This document shows positions 38,043 through 45,975 of a DNA stretch of 64,000 bases, in pieces. Under the pieces are notes generated by a model, which ran no database searches, was not told the origin of the DNA, and saw nothing but the letters and a program-made list of their open reading frames with translations. The stretch is taken from contig WGNE01000005.1 in NCBI GenBank assembly GCA_016124645.1, forward strand, positions 6,103 to 70,102. Direction: 5' to 3'. Position 1 is the stretch's first letter. The number at the start of each line of letters is the position of its first letter. The position numbers and the translations under genes are program-made. Origin of the DNA: Alphaproteobacteria bacterium. Lineage in GTDB: Bacteria > Pseudomonadota > Alphaproteobacteria > Micavibrionales > UBA2020.

Positions 38043-39043
38043 GGCGACACCACGGTATCGCCGGTTTTCAGGCCGGAAAGGATCTCGATCGCGCCCGGCA
38101 TGTCGGGCAGCGCGCGGGGCAGGCCGCGCTGGACGATGACGTCTTCGGTCTTGCCGTTTTCGCCTTTCACCAGCACGTAGTCGATGCCGAAGCGGGTGGA
38201 GATGAAACGCGCGGGGATATAGACCGCCTGCCGCTCGCCGCCGGAAATCCAGACGCGCACGCGCTCGCCGACGAAGTATTTTTCCAGTCCCTCGACCCGC
38301 GCGTCCGCCACCACGCGGCCGTCGGTGATCTGCGGATAGACCAGCACGATCCTGCCTTCCGGCGCGGGGCCGTCCTTGCCGGGCTCCGCGAGCCGCACGG
38401 CATCGCCGGTCTTCATGAAGCGCGCGTGGCGCTCGGGCACCTGCAGGCGCAGCACGTAATCGCCCGAAGCGATTTGCGCCACCGTTTCGCCCGGCATCAC
38501 CACGGTGCCGGCGGTGACGGGCACCTGCAGCACGCGCCCGGCGACGGGGCTTTTGACCGCGCCTTCCTCGAGCTGCTGGCGGACGACGGTCTGTGTGCTG
38601 GAGATGGATTTCAGGTTGTTGCGCGCGACTTTCAACGCGGCCTCGGCCTGTTCCAGCCGGGCCTTGGTCTCATAGCCCTGGTCGAAGACCTGCTTTACGC
38701 GGTTGTAGGAGGACTGCGCCTCGGCCAGCTGGGCCTTCGCGGCGGCGATCTGCGCGTCATAGGCCTGCGTTTGCGTGGCCAGCTTGCTGTCGGTGACGAA
38801 AGCGATGGTCTGTCCCTCGGTCACCGCGTCCCCCTCGCGCACGGCCAGCTCGGCGATGGTGCCGCCGGTGCGCACCCGCGCGGCGACGACGTTCGCGCTT
38901 TCGATGGTAGCGAAGACGGCTTTTTCATCCGTCACTGTCCGTGCGGCGACGGCCAGGCTTTCGGCGCGCGCGGGCAGGGGGGAGAGCTGCAGGGCGGCGG
39001 CGAAGGCGAGGGCCGCCAGAAAAAGAGGTTTTCCCGGTTTCAT
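38039..39043 (-). CDS. RND efflux periplasmic adaptor (MFP)
   Basis: Signal peptide, lipoyl halves GTIAELAVREGDAV and VKSPVAGRV, coiled hairpin; ATGA overlaps on both sides. Confidence 0.9.
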   Translation of the reverse strand: MKPGKPLFLAALAFAAALQLSPLPARAESLAVAARTVTDEKAVFATIESANVVAARVRTGGTIAELAVREGDAVTEGQTIAFVTDSKLATQTQAYDAQIAAAKAQLAEAQSSYNRVKQVFDQGYETKARLEQAEAALKVARNNLKSISSTQTVVRQQLEEGAVKSPVAGRVLQVPVTAGTVVMPGETVAQIASGDYVLRLQVPERHARFMKTGDAVRLAEPGKDGPAPEGRIVLVYPQITDGRVVADARVEGLEKYFVGERVRVWISGGERQAVYIPARFISTRFGIDYVLVKGENGKTEDVIVQRGLPRALPDMPGAIEILSGLKTGDTVVSP

Positions 39044-39354
39044 TTCCTGCGCCCCTTCGGTTCCTGGCAATAGCATTGGTAAAGCAGATCCACGATGTCA
39101 TGCGCCACGGCGTTGGCGATGGAGTAATAAATGACCTGTCCGTCGCGGCGGCGCTTGAGTATCCGGTCGCGGCGCAGCAGGGAGAGGTGCTGTGAGACGG
39201 TGGAATCGCGCAGGCCCAGCTCGCTCGCCAGCTCGCCCACCGGCCGCTCGCCCTCGATGAGCTTGCAGACGATCATGAGCCGGTGCGGGTTGGCCAGCGC
39301 CTTGAGCAGGGCGCTCGCCTCTTCCGCCGATTTCTTCATTTTCGCGCTGTCCAT
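39040..39354 (-). CDS. ArsR/SmtB regulator, BigR/SqrR-like persulfide sensor
   Basis: LKALANPHRLMIVCKL, SQHLSLLR, C-terminal LYQCYC (paired Cys). Confidence 0.85.
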   Translation of the reverse strand: MDSAKMKKSAEEASALLKALANPHRLMIVCKLIEGERPVGELASELGLRDSTVSQHLSLLRRDRILKRRRDGQVIYYSIANAVAHDIVDLLYQCYCQEPKGRRK

Positions 39355-39365
39355 GGCTCCGTCTT

Positions 39366-40652
39366 TCAGTTCTTGTGCTTCGTGTGGACCTTGCGCAGCC
39401 CGATGAGGCCCAGGAACCATTTCTCGTAGAAAGGCTCGCTGACGCCGGTCGCTATTTTATGAAGAAAATACTTCTCGAAGGCAACCTTGGCGTAATGCAC
39501 CCATTTGCCGCGCGCCGACCAGTTGAGGTTGCGCGGCGGTATCTGCGGCTCCGCCACGAAGGCGACGCCGCCGTCGCCGAAATCGGCGAGGCAGAAGGCG
39601 TTCATCGAGGGGGTGGCTTCGGGTTCCTTGCCCTTGATGAGCAGGGCGATGTTCTCCGCGACCGAGGTCACCATCGATTCGATCATGAAGCCCGTCTTGG
39701 GCACGCCCACCGGCACCGGCGTGCGCCCGACCGGGGGAATGGCGAGGCAGACGCCGACGGCGAAGACGTTGGGGTAGATGGGGTTGCGCAGCTGCTTGTC
39801 CGTCAGCACGAAGCCGCGCGGATTGACCAGCCCCTCGATGCCCATCAGGGCGGGTACGCCGCGGAAGGTGGGCAGCATCATGGCGTAGGCGAAGGGCAGC
39901 TCGTGGGTTTTTACCGGCTTGCAGTCCTCGCCGATCTCGGCGATATGCATCGTCTCCTTCTCGATGCGCTCGACCTTGGCGTTGGTCACCCATTTGATGT
40001 GGCGGTTGCGCAGCTCGCTTTCCAGCAGGCCCTTGGTGTCGCCCACGCCGTCCAGCCCCATGTGGCCGATATAGGGCTCGGAGGTGACGAAGGTCATCGG
40101 CACCTTGTCGCGCAGCTTTCTTTTTCGCAGCTCGGTATCGAGGATGAAGGCGAATTCATAGGCCGGGCCGAAGCAGGACGCGCCTTGCACCGCGCCGATG
40201 ATGATCGGGCCGGGGTTTTCGACCAGCCGGTCGAAGGCCGCGCGCGCCTGTTCGGCGTGGTCAACGTGGCAGATGGACTGGGTGAAGCCCTTGTGCGGGC
40301 CGAGCCCCTCGATCTCGTCGAAGGCGAGTTCGGGGCCGGTGGCGATGACGAGGTAGTCGTAGGACAGGCTTTCGCCGTTTTCCAGCTCAAGGCGATTTTC
40401 TTCGGGGTGCACGCGCTTCGCGCCCTGTTCTTCATAGCGGATCTTGCGGTTTTTCATGACGGCGGTCAGGTCCACCTCGATGTCCTTGCGCTCGCGCCAG
40501 CCCACGGCGACCCAGGGGTTGGAGGGAACGAAGTGATACCGCGGCCCTTGCCCGACGACGGTCAGCGTGTCTTCCTTGCCCAGCTTGTCCTGCATCTCAT
40601 AGGCCATCAGCGTACCGCCAAGGCCAGCCCCGAGAACGATGATATGTGCCAT
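39366..40652 (-). CDS. sqr: Sulfide:quinone oxidoreductase (type I/SqrA-like)
   Basis: GAGLGG, FVPSNPW, three catalytic Cys in SICH, GASCFGPAYE and NAFCLADFG; VPKTGFMIESM. Confidence 0.9.
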   Translation of the reverse strand: MAHIIVLGAGLGGTLMAYEMQDKLGKEDTLTVVGQGPRYHFVPSNPWVAVGWRERKDIEVDLTAVMKNRKIRYEEQGAKRVHPEENRLELENGESLSYDYLVIATGPELAFDEIEGLGPHKGFTQSICHVDHAEQARAAFDRLVENPGPIIIGAVQGASCFGPAYEFAFILDTELRKRKLRDKVPMTFVTSEPYIGHMGLDGVGDTKGLLESELRNRHIKWVTNAKVERIEKETMHIAEIGEDCKPVKTHELPFAYAMMLPTFRGVPALMGIEGLVNPRGFVLTDKQLRNPIYPNVFAVGVCLAIPPVGRTPVPVGVPKTGFMIESMVTSVAENIALLIKGKEPEATPSMNAFCLADFGDGGVAFVAEPQIPPRNLNWSARGKWVHYAKVAFEKYFLHKIATGVSEPFYEKWFLGLIGLRKVHTKHKN

Positions 40653-40690
40653 TTGCGAATCCCCCTCTGTGGTGTCTATAATGCCATTAT

Positions 40691-40722
40691 ATTCGTTTTT
40701 TCGTATATTCGTAAATACAAAT
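40691..40722. promoter_or_regulatory. Two tandem SqrR-like operator candidates
   Basis: ATTC-N8-GTAT (40691-40706) and ATTC-N8-AAAT (40707-40722), each one mismatch from ATTC-N8-GAAT, in the AT-rich sqr/DUF2892 divergent region. Confidence 0.5.
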
Positions 40723-40852
40723 ATTATTTAGTATTTATACAACAAAAATGTTATATTCAAGATAAGGCATGAAAGGGGCGCGGCAAAGCGCGCCCGGGCT
40801 GAAAAAACCGAAAAATCTGCAAGTTTTTTGATGAAAATCAAGGAGAAATAAA

Positions 40853-41062
40853 ATGTCCGCCAATATAGACCGTCTGGTATTCAGATTCGCCGGGACCATG
40901 GTCCTGGCCTCGCTGGCGCTGGGGCATTTCCTGCATCCCGGCTGGTATCTGCTGACTGCTTTCGTCGGGCTCAACATGCTGCAGGCTTCCTTCACCGGCT
41001 TTTGCCCGCTGGCGATGATTTTGAAAAAAGCCGGCTGCAAGACCGGACAGGCCTTTGACTGA
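40853..41062 (+). CDS. DUF2892 (YgaP-like) small membrane protein
   Basis: GGAG SD; [24 protein letters not shown]. Confidence 0.88.
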   Translation: MSANIDRLVFRFAGTMVLASLALGHFLHPGWYLLTAFVGLNMLQASFTGFCPLAMILKKAGCKTGQAFD

Positions 41063-41164
41063 GGCGGCGCGCTTTTGGCCCTGACGCCGGCCTTCATCCT
41101 GGCGTCATCATGGCGTCATTTTCGCTACGGGTTCCTTTGCTAGCTTTCTCCCGTTCCTGCGGAT

Positions 41165-41188
41165 ATCCCGCTGGGACGGGATTTTTTT
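41165..41188 (+). terminator. Intrinsic terminator
   Basis: ATCCCG-CTGGGA-CGGGAT followed by TTTTTT. Confidence 0.55.
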
Positions 41189-41218
41189 CAACCCTGCAGC
41201 ATTCAAAGGTCCAGCGCC

Positions 41219-41911
41219 ATGAACACCTCGTCCCTTTCCCGCAGATATCCCGCCGAAAACGCCGCGCCCTTCGCGGCGGCGGCGGAAATTACGCGCGGTT
41301 TCGTCAACTGCCTGCTCGCGGCCAGCCATGTGCGACGGCCCTTCGATTACTGGCTGCTCGATGACGCGCTGCCCGCCGCCACGGCGGATGCGCTGAACGA
41401 TTTGCCGGTCGGCCCGCCGCAGGGCGCGCCAGCCTACGGCAAGCGCGAGCTCAACAACGCCTCGCGCGTCTATTTCTCCGAAGAGAACCAGAAAAAATAC
41501 CCGGTCTGCCGCGAGATGGTTGAGGCTTTTAAGGGAGGCTGGATCACCTCCGCCATCAAGGCGCTGACGGGCCACGAGGTTTCCGAAGGCCTGCTGCGCA
41601 TCGAGTACTGCCAGGATACCGACGGCTTCTGGCTGGAGCCGCATACCGACATCAGCGTGAAGCTCTTCACCATGCAAATCTATCTTTCCGAAGAGCCGGA
41701 GCTTTCCAACGCCGGCACCTCCATCTATGACGCCACGCCGGAACACAGTGAAGTCGCGACCGCCCCCTACGGCAAGGGAAAAGGCATTCTGTTCATCCCC
41801 GGCAAGGACACATGGCACGGCTTCACCCCGCGCCCCCTGCGCGGCGTGCGCAAGTCGGTCATCGTCAACTACGTGACCAACGACTGGCGCAGCAGGGATG
41901 AACTTGCCTGA
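41219..41911 (+). CDS. 2OG-Fe(II) oxygenase family protein
   Basis: HxD in EPHTDISVK, distal His in TWHGF, Arg in RKSVIVNY. Confidence 0.8.
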   Translation: MNTSSLSRRYPAENAAPFAAAAEITRGFVNCLLAASHVRRPFDYWLLDDALPAATADALNDLPVGPPQGAPAYGKRELNNASRVYFSEENQKKYPVCREMVEAFKGGWITSAIKALTGHEVSEGLLRIEYCQDTDGFWLEPHTDISVKLFTMQIYLSEEPELSNAGTSIYDATPEHSEVATAPYGKGKGILFIPGKDTWHGFTPRPLRGVRKSVIVNYVTNDWRSRDELA

Positions 41912-41917
41912 TTGCGC

Positions 41918-42928
41918 ATGACGGACATGCCGGAAAATAATCAACCCTCCTGCTGGGTCGTGACCGAAGCTCTGGCTGGGCTGCAAAGCCAGGCGACGGG
42001 GCTGGCCGCCGCGCTGGGCTTGGTGGCGGAGGTCAAGAGCCTCGCCAAGCCGGGCGCGCCGTGGAAATTCCTGCCCTCCGGCTTCTGGCCGTCGTCGCTG
42101 GCCCTGTCGCTCTGCACTGATGACGGCGGGCTCGCGCCGCCGTGGCCGGACGTCCTCATCACCTGCGGGCGGTGCAGCGTCGCCGTTGCCCTCGCCATCC
42201 GCAAGGCATCGGGCGGGCGGACTTTCACCGTGCATATTCAGGACCCGCATATGGGCGGCGAAAACTTCGACGCCGTCATCGTCGCCGCGCATGACGCCCT
42301 GCGCGGCCCGAACGTGCTGGCGACGCAGGGCGCGTTGCACCGCGTGACGCGGGAAAAGCTGGCGGCGGGCCACGCGCAGTTCGCCGATTATTTCTCAGGC
42401 CTGCCGCGTCCCTTATTCTCCGTGCTGGTCGGCGGCGGGTTGAAGGGCCGGGGCATCGGCGCGCAGGAAATGCGCGGCTTCGCGCAAAAGCTGCACGGAC
42501 TGGCAGTGGCAAGCGGCGGCGCCCTCGCCGTCACCCCCTCGCGCCGCACAGGGCCGGAGATCGTCGCGGCGCTGGAGGGCGCGCTTTCCGGCGTGCCGCA
42601 CCGGATATGGGACGGGCAGGGGGAAAACCCCTATTTGGGCATGCTTGCCCATGCGGATGCCATCGTCGTGACCAGCGATTCCGTCTCCATGACCTCCGAG
42701 GCCTGCTTCACCGGCAAGCCCGTCTATGTCCACGACTTCGGCCTGCGCAGCAAAAGGCTGTGCCGTTTTCAGGCCGCGCTGATGGAAAAGGGCGTCACGC
42801 GGGCGCTCACCGGCGCGCCGCAGGACTGGACGCCGCCTGCGATGGACGACATGGCCCTTGCAGTCGAGTTTCTGCGCCCACGCCTCGATGTGCATTTCAA
42901 GGCCTTTTCGCCGCGCTGCGCCTGCTAG
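41918..42928 (+). CDS. ELM1/DUF1022-family protein
   Basis: QSQATGLA, VHIQDP, FDAVIVAAHD, TPSRRT, NPYLGML, VTSDSVSM.SEA. Confidence 0.8.
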   Translation: MTDMPENNQPSCWVVTEALAGLQSQATGLAAALGLVAEVKSLAKPGAPWKFLPSGFWPSSLALSLCTDDGGLAPPWPDVLITCGRCSVAVALAIRKASGGRTFTVHIQDPHMGGENFDAVIVAAHDALRGPNVLATQGALHRVTREKLAAGHAQFADYFSGLPRPLFSVLVGGGLKGRGIGAQEMRGFAQKLHGLAVASGGALAVTPSRRTGPEIVAALEGALSGVPHRIWDGQGENPYLGMLAHADAIVVTSDSVSMTSEACFTGKPVYVHDFGLRSKRLCRFQAALMEKGVTRALTGAPQDWTPPAMDDMALAVEFLRPRLDVHFKAFSPRCAC

Positions 42929-43011
42929 GTTTTTCCCCCTTGCCTGCGGCGGCCCGGACGGGCGATAATCCCGGCAGTGTAAAACATCTGCCGGACGGTG
43001 GCCGACCTTTC

Positions 43012-44097
43012 ATGTTCGCGCTCGACGATAAATGGATATGGGACTTCTGGTTCGCGCAGGAAAACGGGCGCTGCCACATGTATTTCCTGCAGGCGGACAA
43101 GGCGCTGCAGGACCCCGACCTGCGCCACTGGCACGTCAACGTCGGCCATGCGGTCTCGCAAGACCTGAAAAACTGGGAATACCTCGGCCCCTGTTTCGCG
43201 CCCGCGCCGTCGCCCGCGTGGGACGATTTCACGACATGGACCGGCAGCGTGGTCGAGGGCGAGGGCGGGCTCTGGCATTTCTTCTATACCGGCACCAGCC
43301 GCGCCGAGAACGGGCTCAAGCAGCGCATCGGCCATGCGACGAGCCGCGACCTGCACAATTGGCAGCGCGTGTCGGACGCGCCGCTGCTCGACATCGACCC
43401 CGCCGTTTACGAGGAATACACGCCCGGCCGCTGGCACGAGCGCGCCTTTCGCGACCCCTGGGTGATGCGCGACCCGCAAGGCGCGGGCTGGCTGATGTTC
43501 TTCACCGCCCGCAGCGCGGCGGGGGAGGCGGATGCGAACGGGGGCGGGACCATCGGCCTTGCGCGCTCGGACGATCTTTTTCACTGGGAGCTTTGCCCGC
43601 CGGTTTACGAGGGCGGCGATTTCGGCCACCTCGAAGTGCCGCAGGTCATCATGCTGGACGGGAAGTGGTATTGCCTGTTCTGCACCGTCGGCCGTTGCTG
43701 GTCGCAAAAATTCGCGGCGGCCTACAAGGTGCAGACCGGCGGCGACCCCGTGGGCGGCACCCATTACCTGACCGCCCCCGCGCCGACGGGCCCCTGGACG
43801 ACGGCGCCGGGGCCTTTTCTCGACGGCGACGCCTGGCTGCAGGAAGGTAAATTCAGCGACAACATGGCGCTGGCGGGGCTGCACCATGTCCGCGACAAGC
43901 GCGGGGCGCGCTATTCGGGCAAGATCGTCATGTCGGGCGAAGGGCCCGTTTTCATGGGCTTCGAGAACATCGCGGAAGAGGGCGGCTTCACCGGCCGCGT
44001 TTCCGACCCCGTGCCGATGCAGGTCGATGCGGCGGGACGGCTGCATCTCTCGCTCCCCGAAGAAACGGCGCGCGCGGAAGGCGCGGGCGGCAAGTGA
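43012..44097 (+). CDS. Clan GH-J five-bladed beta-propeller glycoside hydrolase (GH32-like)
   Basis: WIWDFW nucleophile region, WTGS, FRDP, LEVPQ; start trimmed to ATG 43012; no signal peptide. Confidence 0.8.
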   Translation: MFALDDKWIWDFWFAQENGRCHMYFLQADKALQDPDLRHWHVNVGHAVSQDLKNWEYLGPCFAPAPSPAWDDFTTWTGSVVEGEGGLWHFFYTGTSRAENGLKQRIGHATSRDLHNWQRVSDAPLLDIDPAVYEEYTPGRWHERAFRDPWVMRDPQGAGWLMFFTARSAAGEADANGGGTIGLARSDDLFHWELCPPVYEGGDFGHLEVPQVIMLDGKWYCLFCTVGRCWSQKFAAAYKVQTGGDPVGGTHYLTAPAPTGPWTTAPGPFLDGDAWLQEGKFSDNMALAGLHHVRDKRGARYSGKIVMSGEGPVFMGFENIAEEGGFTGRVSDPVPMQVDAAGRLHLSLPEETARAEGAGGK

Positions 44098-44243
44098 CCC
44101 GATAAAATATGGAAAAAATCATTTTCCTTTTCACGGCGGTCCGCGCTGTCTATAAATAAAGCCTCATAAAAACAAGAACAGCCTGATGAAAAGGCGCATG
44201 TCATGTCCGGCGGGCAGGGACGGCTGTGTGACAGCGGAGGACG

Positions 44244-45146
44244 ATGACCGGGACGATCGGCATCCACCCGGAACTTTCAGGAACACCGGACGGCGCGCCA
44301 GCAGCGGCCGACGGCGATGCCGCGCGCGCGGAAAAGAAGCGCGGGTTCCGTTTCCGTTTTCCGAAGATTTCCCTGCCGAAAATGAAACGTCCGCGTTTCG
44401 GCATCCGCCGCTTCGCCCGGGAGAAAATCAACCAGCAGCTCAAGGGCGACAAGCTCACCCCCGGCCGCGCGATACAGGAGCTGCTGACCATCGCGGGTTT
44501 CGGCGGCGTGGTCGATGCCTGGAAACACCCCACCCACCGCACGACCAAGGTCATCGTCAGCCTCGTCAACAAGGCGGCGGACATGATGGCGGGCCGCTTC
44601 GTCAACATGACCATCCGCCTCGTCGCCATCTCCATGCTGACGGGTTTTTTCGGCGCGGGCTCGGTGCTTTTGACGATGGCGCTGACGGGTCTGGCGACGG
44701 GCGTGGGCTCCGCCCTTTACACCTATCACCGCAATTACCTGCACGACAAGCTGCGCGGTCCGAAGGAAGACCGCAAGCACGCGAAATACGTCACCCGCGA
44801 AAGGCTGCATCAGGCGGGCATGGCCTTCATCGGCGGCTGCGCGGGCGGCGCCTTCGGCGCATGGCTCGGCAAGACCGACTTCATGCAGTCGATCGTCAAG
44901 TCCATCAAGGGCTTCGTCCACCACCTCTTCGGCGCGGTGCAGGACGGGGTGAGCAGCGGGGCGAGCGCGGTGGAATCGGTCATCGTGCCGCAGCAGCCCG
45001 CCGCCCCGGCAACGGTCCTGCCGCCTTCGGGCACGTTGCAAAAAGCCTTCGACGGCGCGGCCTTGCCGCATGGCCCCGCAGCGACGCCCGCCGTCACCCC
45101 CAAGGCGGCGCCGGTTTTGAAGGCCGCGCCTGCATCGGGCCGCTAG
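44244..45146 (+). CDS. Hypothetical protein with Gly-rich hydrophobic segments
   Basis: GGAGG SD; typical codon style; hydrophobic hairpin and AFIGGCAGGAFGAWLG. Confidence 0.65.
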   Translation: MTGTIGIHPELSGTPDGAPAAADGDAARAEKKRGFRFRFPKISLPKMKRPRFGIRRFAREKINQQLKGDKLTPGRAIQELLTIAGFGGVVDAWKHPTHRTTKVIVSLVNKAADMMAGRFVNMTIRLVAISMLTGFFGAGSVLLTMALTGLATGVGSALYTYHRNYLHDKLRGPKEDRKHAKYVTRERLHQAGMAFIGGCAGGAFGAWLGKTDFMQSIVKSIKGFVHHLFGAVQDGVSSGASAVESVIVPQQPAAPATVLPPSGTLQKAFDGAALPHGPAATPAVTPKAAPVLKAAPASGR

Positions 45147-45180
45147 GCCGAAACCGCGAGCATCCTTTGCCCGGTTTTTA

Positions 45181-45209
45181 TTGACATAATAATTTTTTCC
45201 CGCTATCGT
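45181..45209 (+). promoter_or_regulatory. Near-consensus sigma70 promoter
   Basis: TTGACA-17-TATCGT. Confidence 0.7.
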
Positions 45210-45281
45210 GGGCCCGAGGATTCAACGGTGCGCCCGCCGCCCTGCCTGCGGCCTGCGCCTGCAAACAAGACAGGTACCGAC

Positions 45282-45818
45282 ATGGGCGCATTGACCGGAG
45301 ACCCCACTTCCTTTCCCTTCACGATTCCCTCGGTGCCGGATCTGGACGACGAAACGGATATGCGCAGCATACCGGCTGTGCCGGGCGATGACGATGAGCC
45401 TTATGTGTTCAATGTTCCCGCGCCGCCGCCGCGCCGCGCCGACCCCCCGCCGGACATGATGACCCTGCTGATCGCAAGGGGCGATACGCAAAAGCTGCGC
45501 GCCTATATCGAGGACAGCTTCTGGAAGGGCGCGCCTGTGCGTCCCGCGTGGGAACATATTGAAAAAGCATTGAAAAACGGCAAGCCCGACATGGTCAGGC
45601 TGCTCGTCGTTTATGGCGCGCAGCCCGGGGACGGCGACCTTGGAAAGCTGAAATCCGATACGGGGGAAGCTTATCCGAAATACCTGCGGCTGCTGCGCCG
45701 GGCCGGGCTGCCCGGGCTGGCGCTCGCTTTCGGCGACAGTGCCCTTTCTTCCGGCGCGGTGGCGGACGACCCCGGGACGGTGAAGGCGATATCAAGCCCG
45801 CGACCCGCTTTCCTCTGA
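45282..45818 (+). CDS. Hypothetical protein: stand-alone ankyrin-like domain, paralogous to the N-terminal domain of the next gene
   Basis: ALKNGKPDMVRLLVVYGAQP ankyrin-like core; 54/86 identical to the next ORF by manual alignment. Confidence 0.7.
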   Translation: MGALTGDPTSFPFTIPSVPDLDDETDMRSIPAVPGDDDEPYVFNVPAPPPRRADPPPDMMTLLIARGDTQKLRAYIEDSFWKGAPVRPAWEHIEKALKNGKPDMVRLLVVYGAQPGDGDLGKLKSDTGEAYPKYLRLLRRAGLPGLALAFGDSALSSGAVADDPGTVKAISSPRPAFL

Positions 45819-45858
45819 AATTTTCGACCAAGTTTCGGCTCTTATTTTCTTTTCTATC

Positions 45859-45913
45859 AATGAGTTAGATTAAAAACTCATTTGTTGACATAATAGCCTT
45901 CCGTCTTTATTAT
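45859..45913 (+). promoter_or_regulatory. Near-consensus sigma70 promoter with an upstream inverted repeat
   Basis: AATGAGTT-N8-AACTCATT (45859-45882), then TTGACA-17-TATTAT. Confidence 0.7.
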
Positions 45914-45975
45914 GGCGAATATCGTTTTTTGACCCGCGGGCCGCACGACCCGCCCAGCAGCGAAGATGCCTATCC

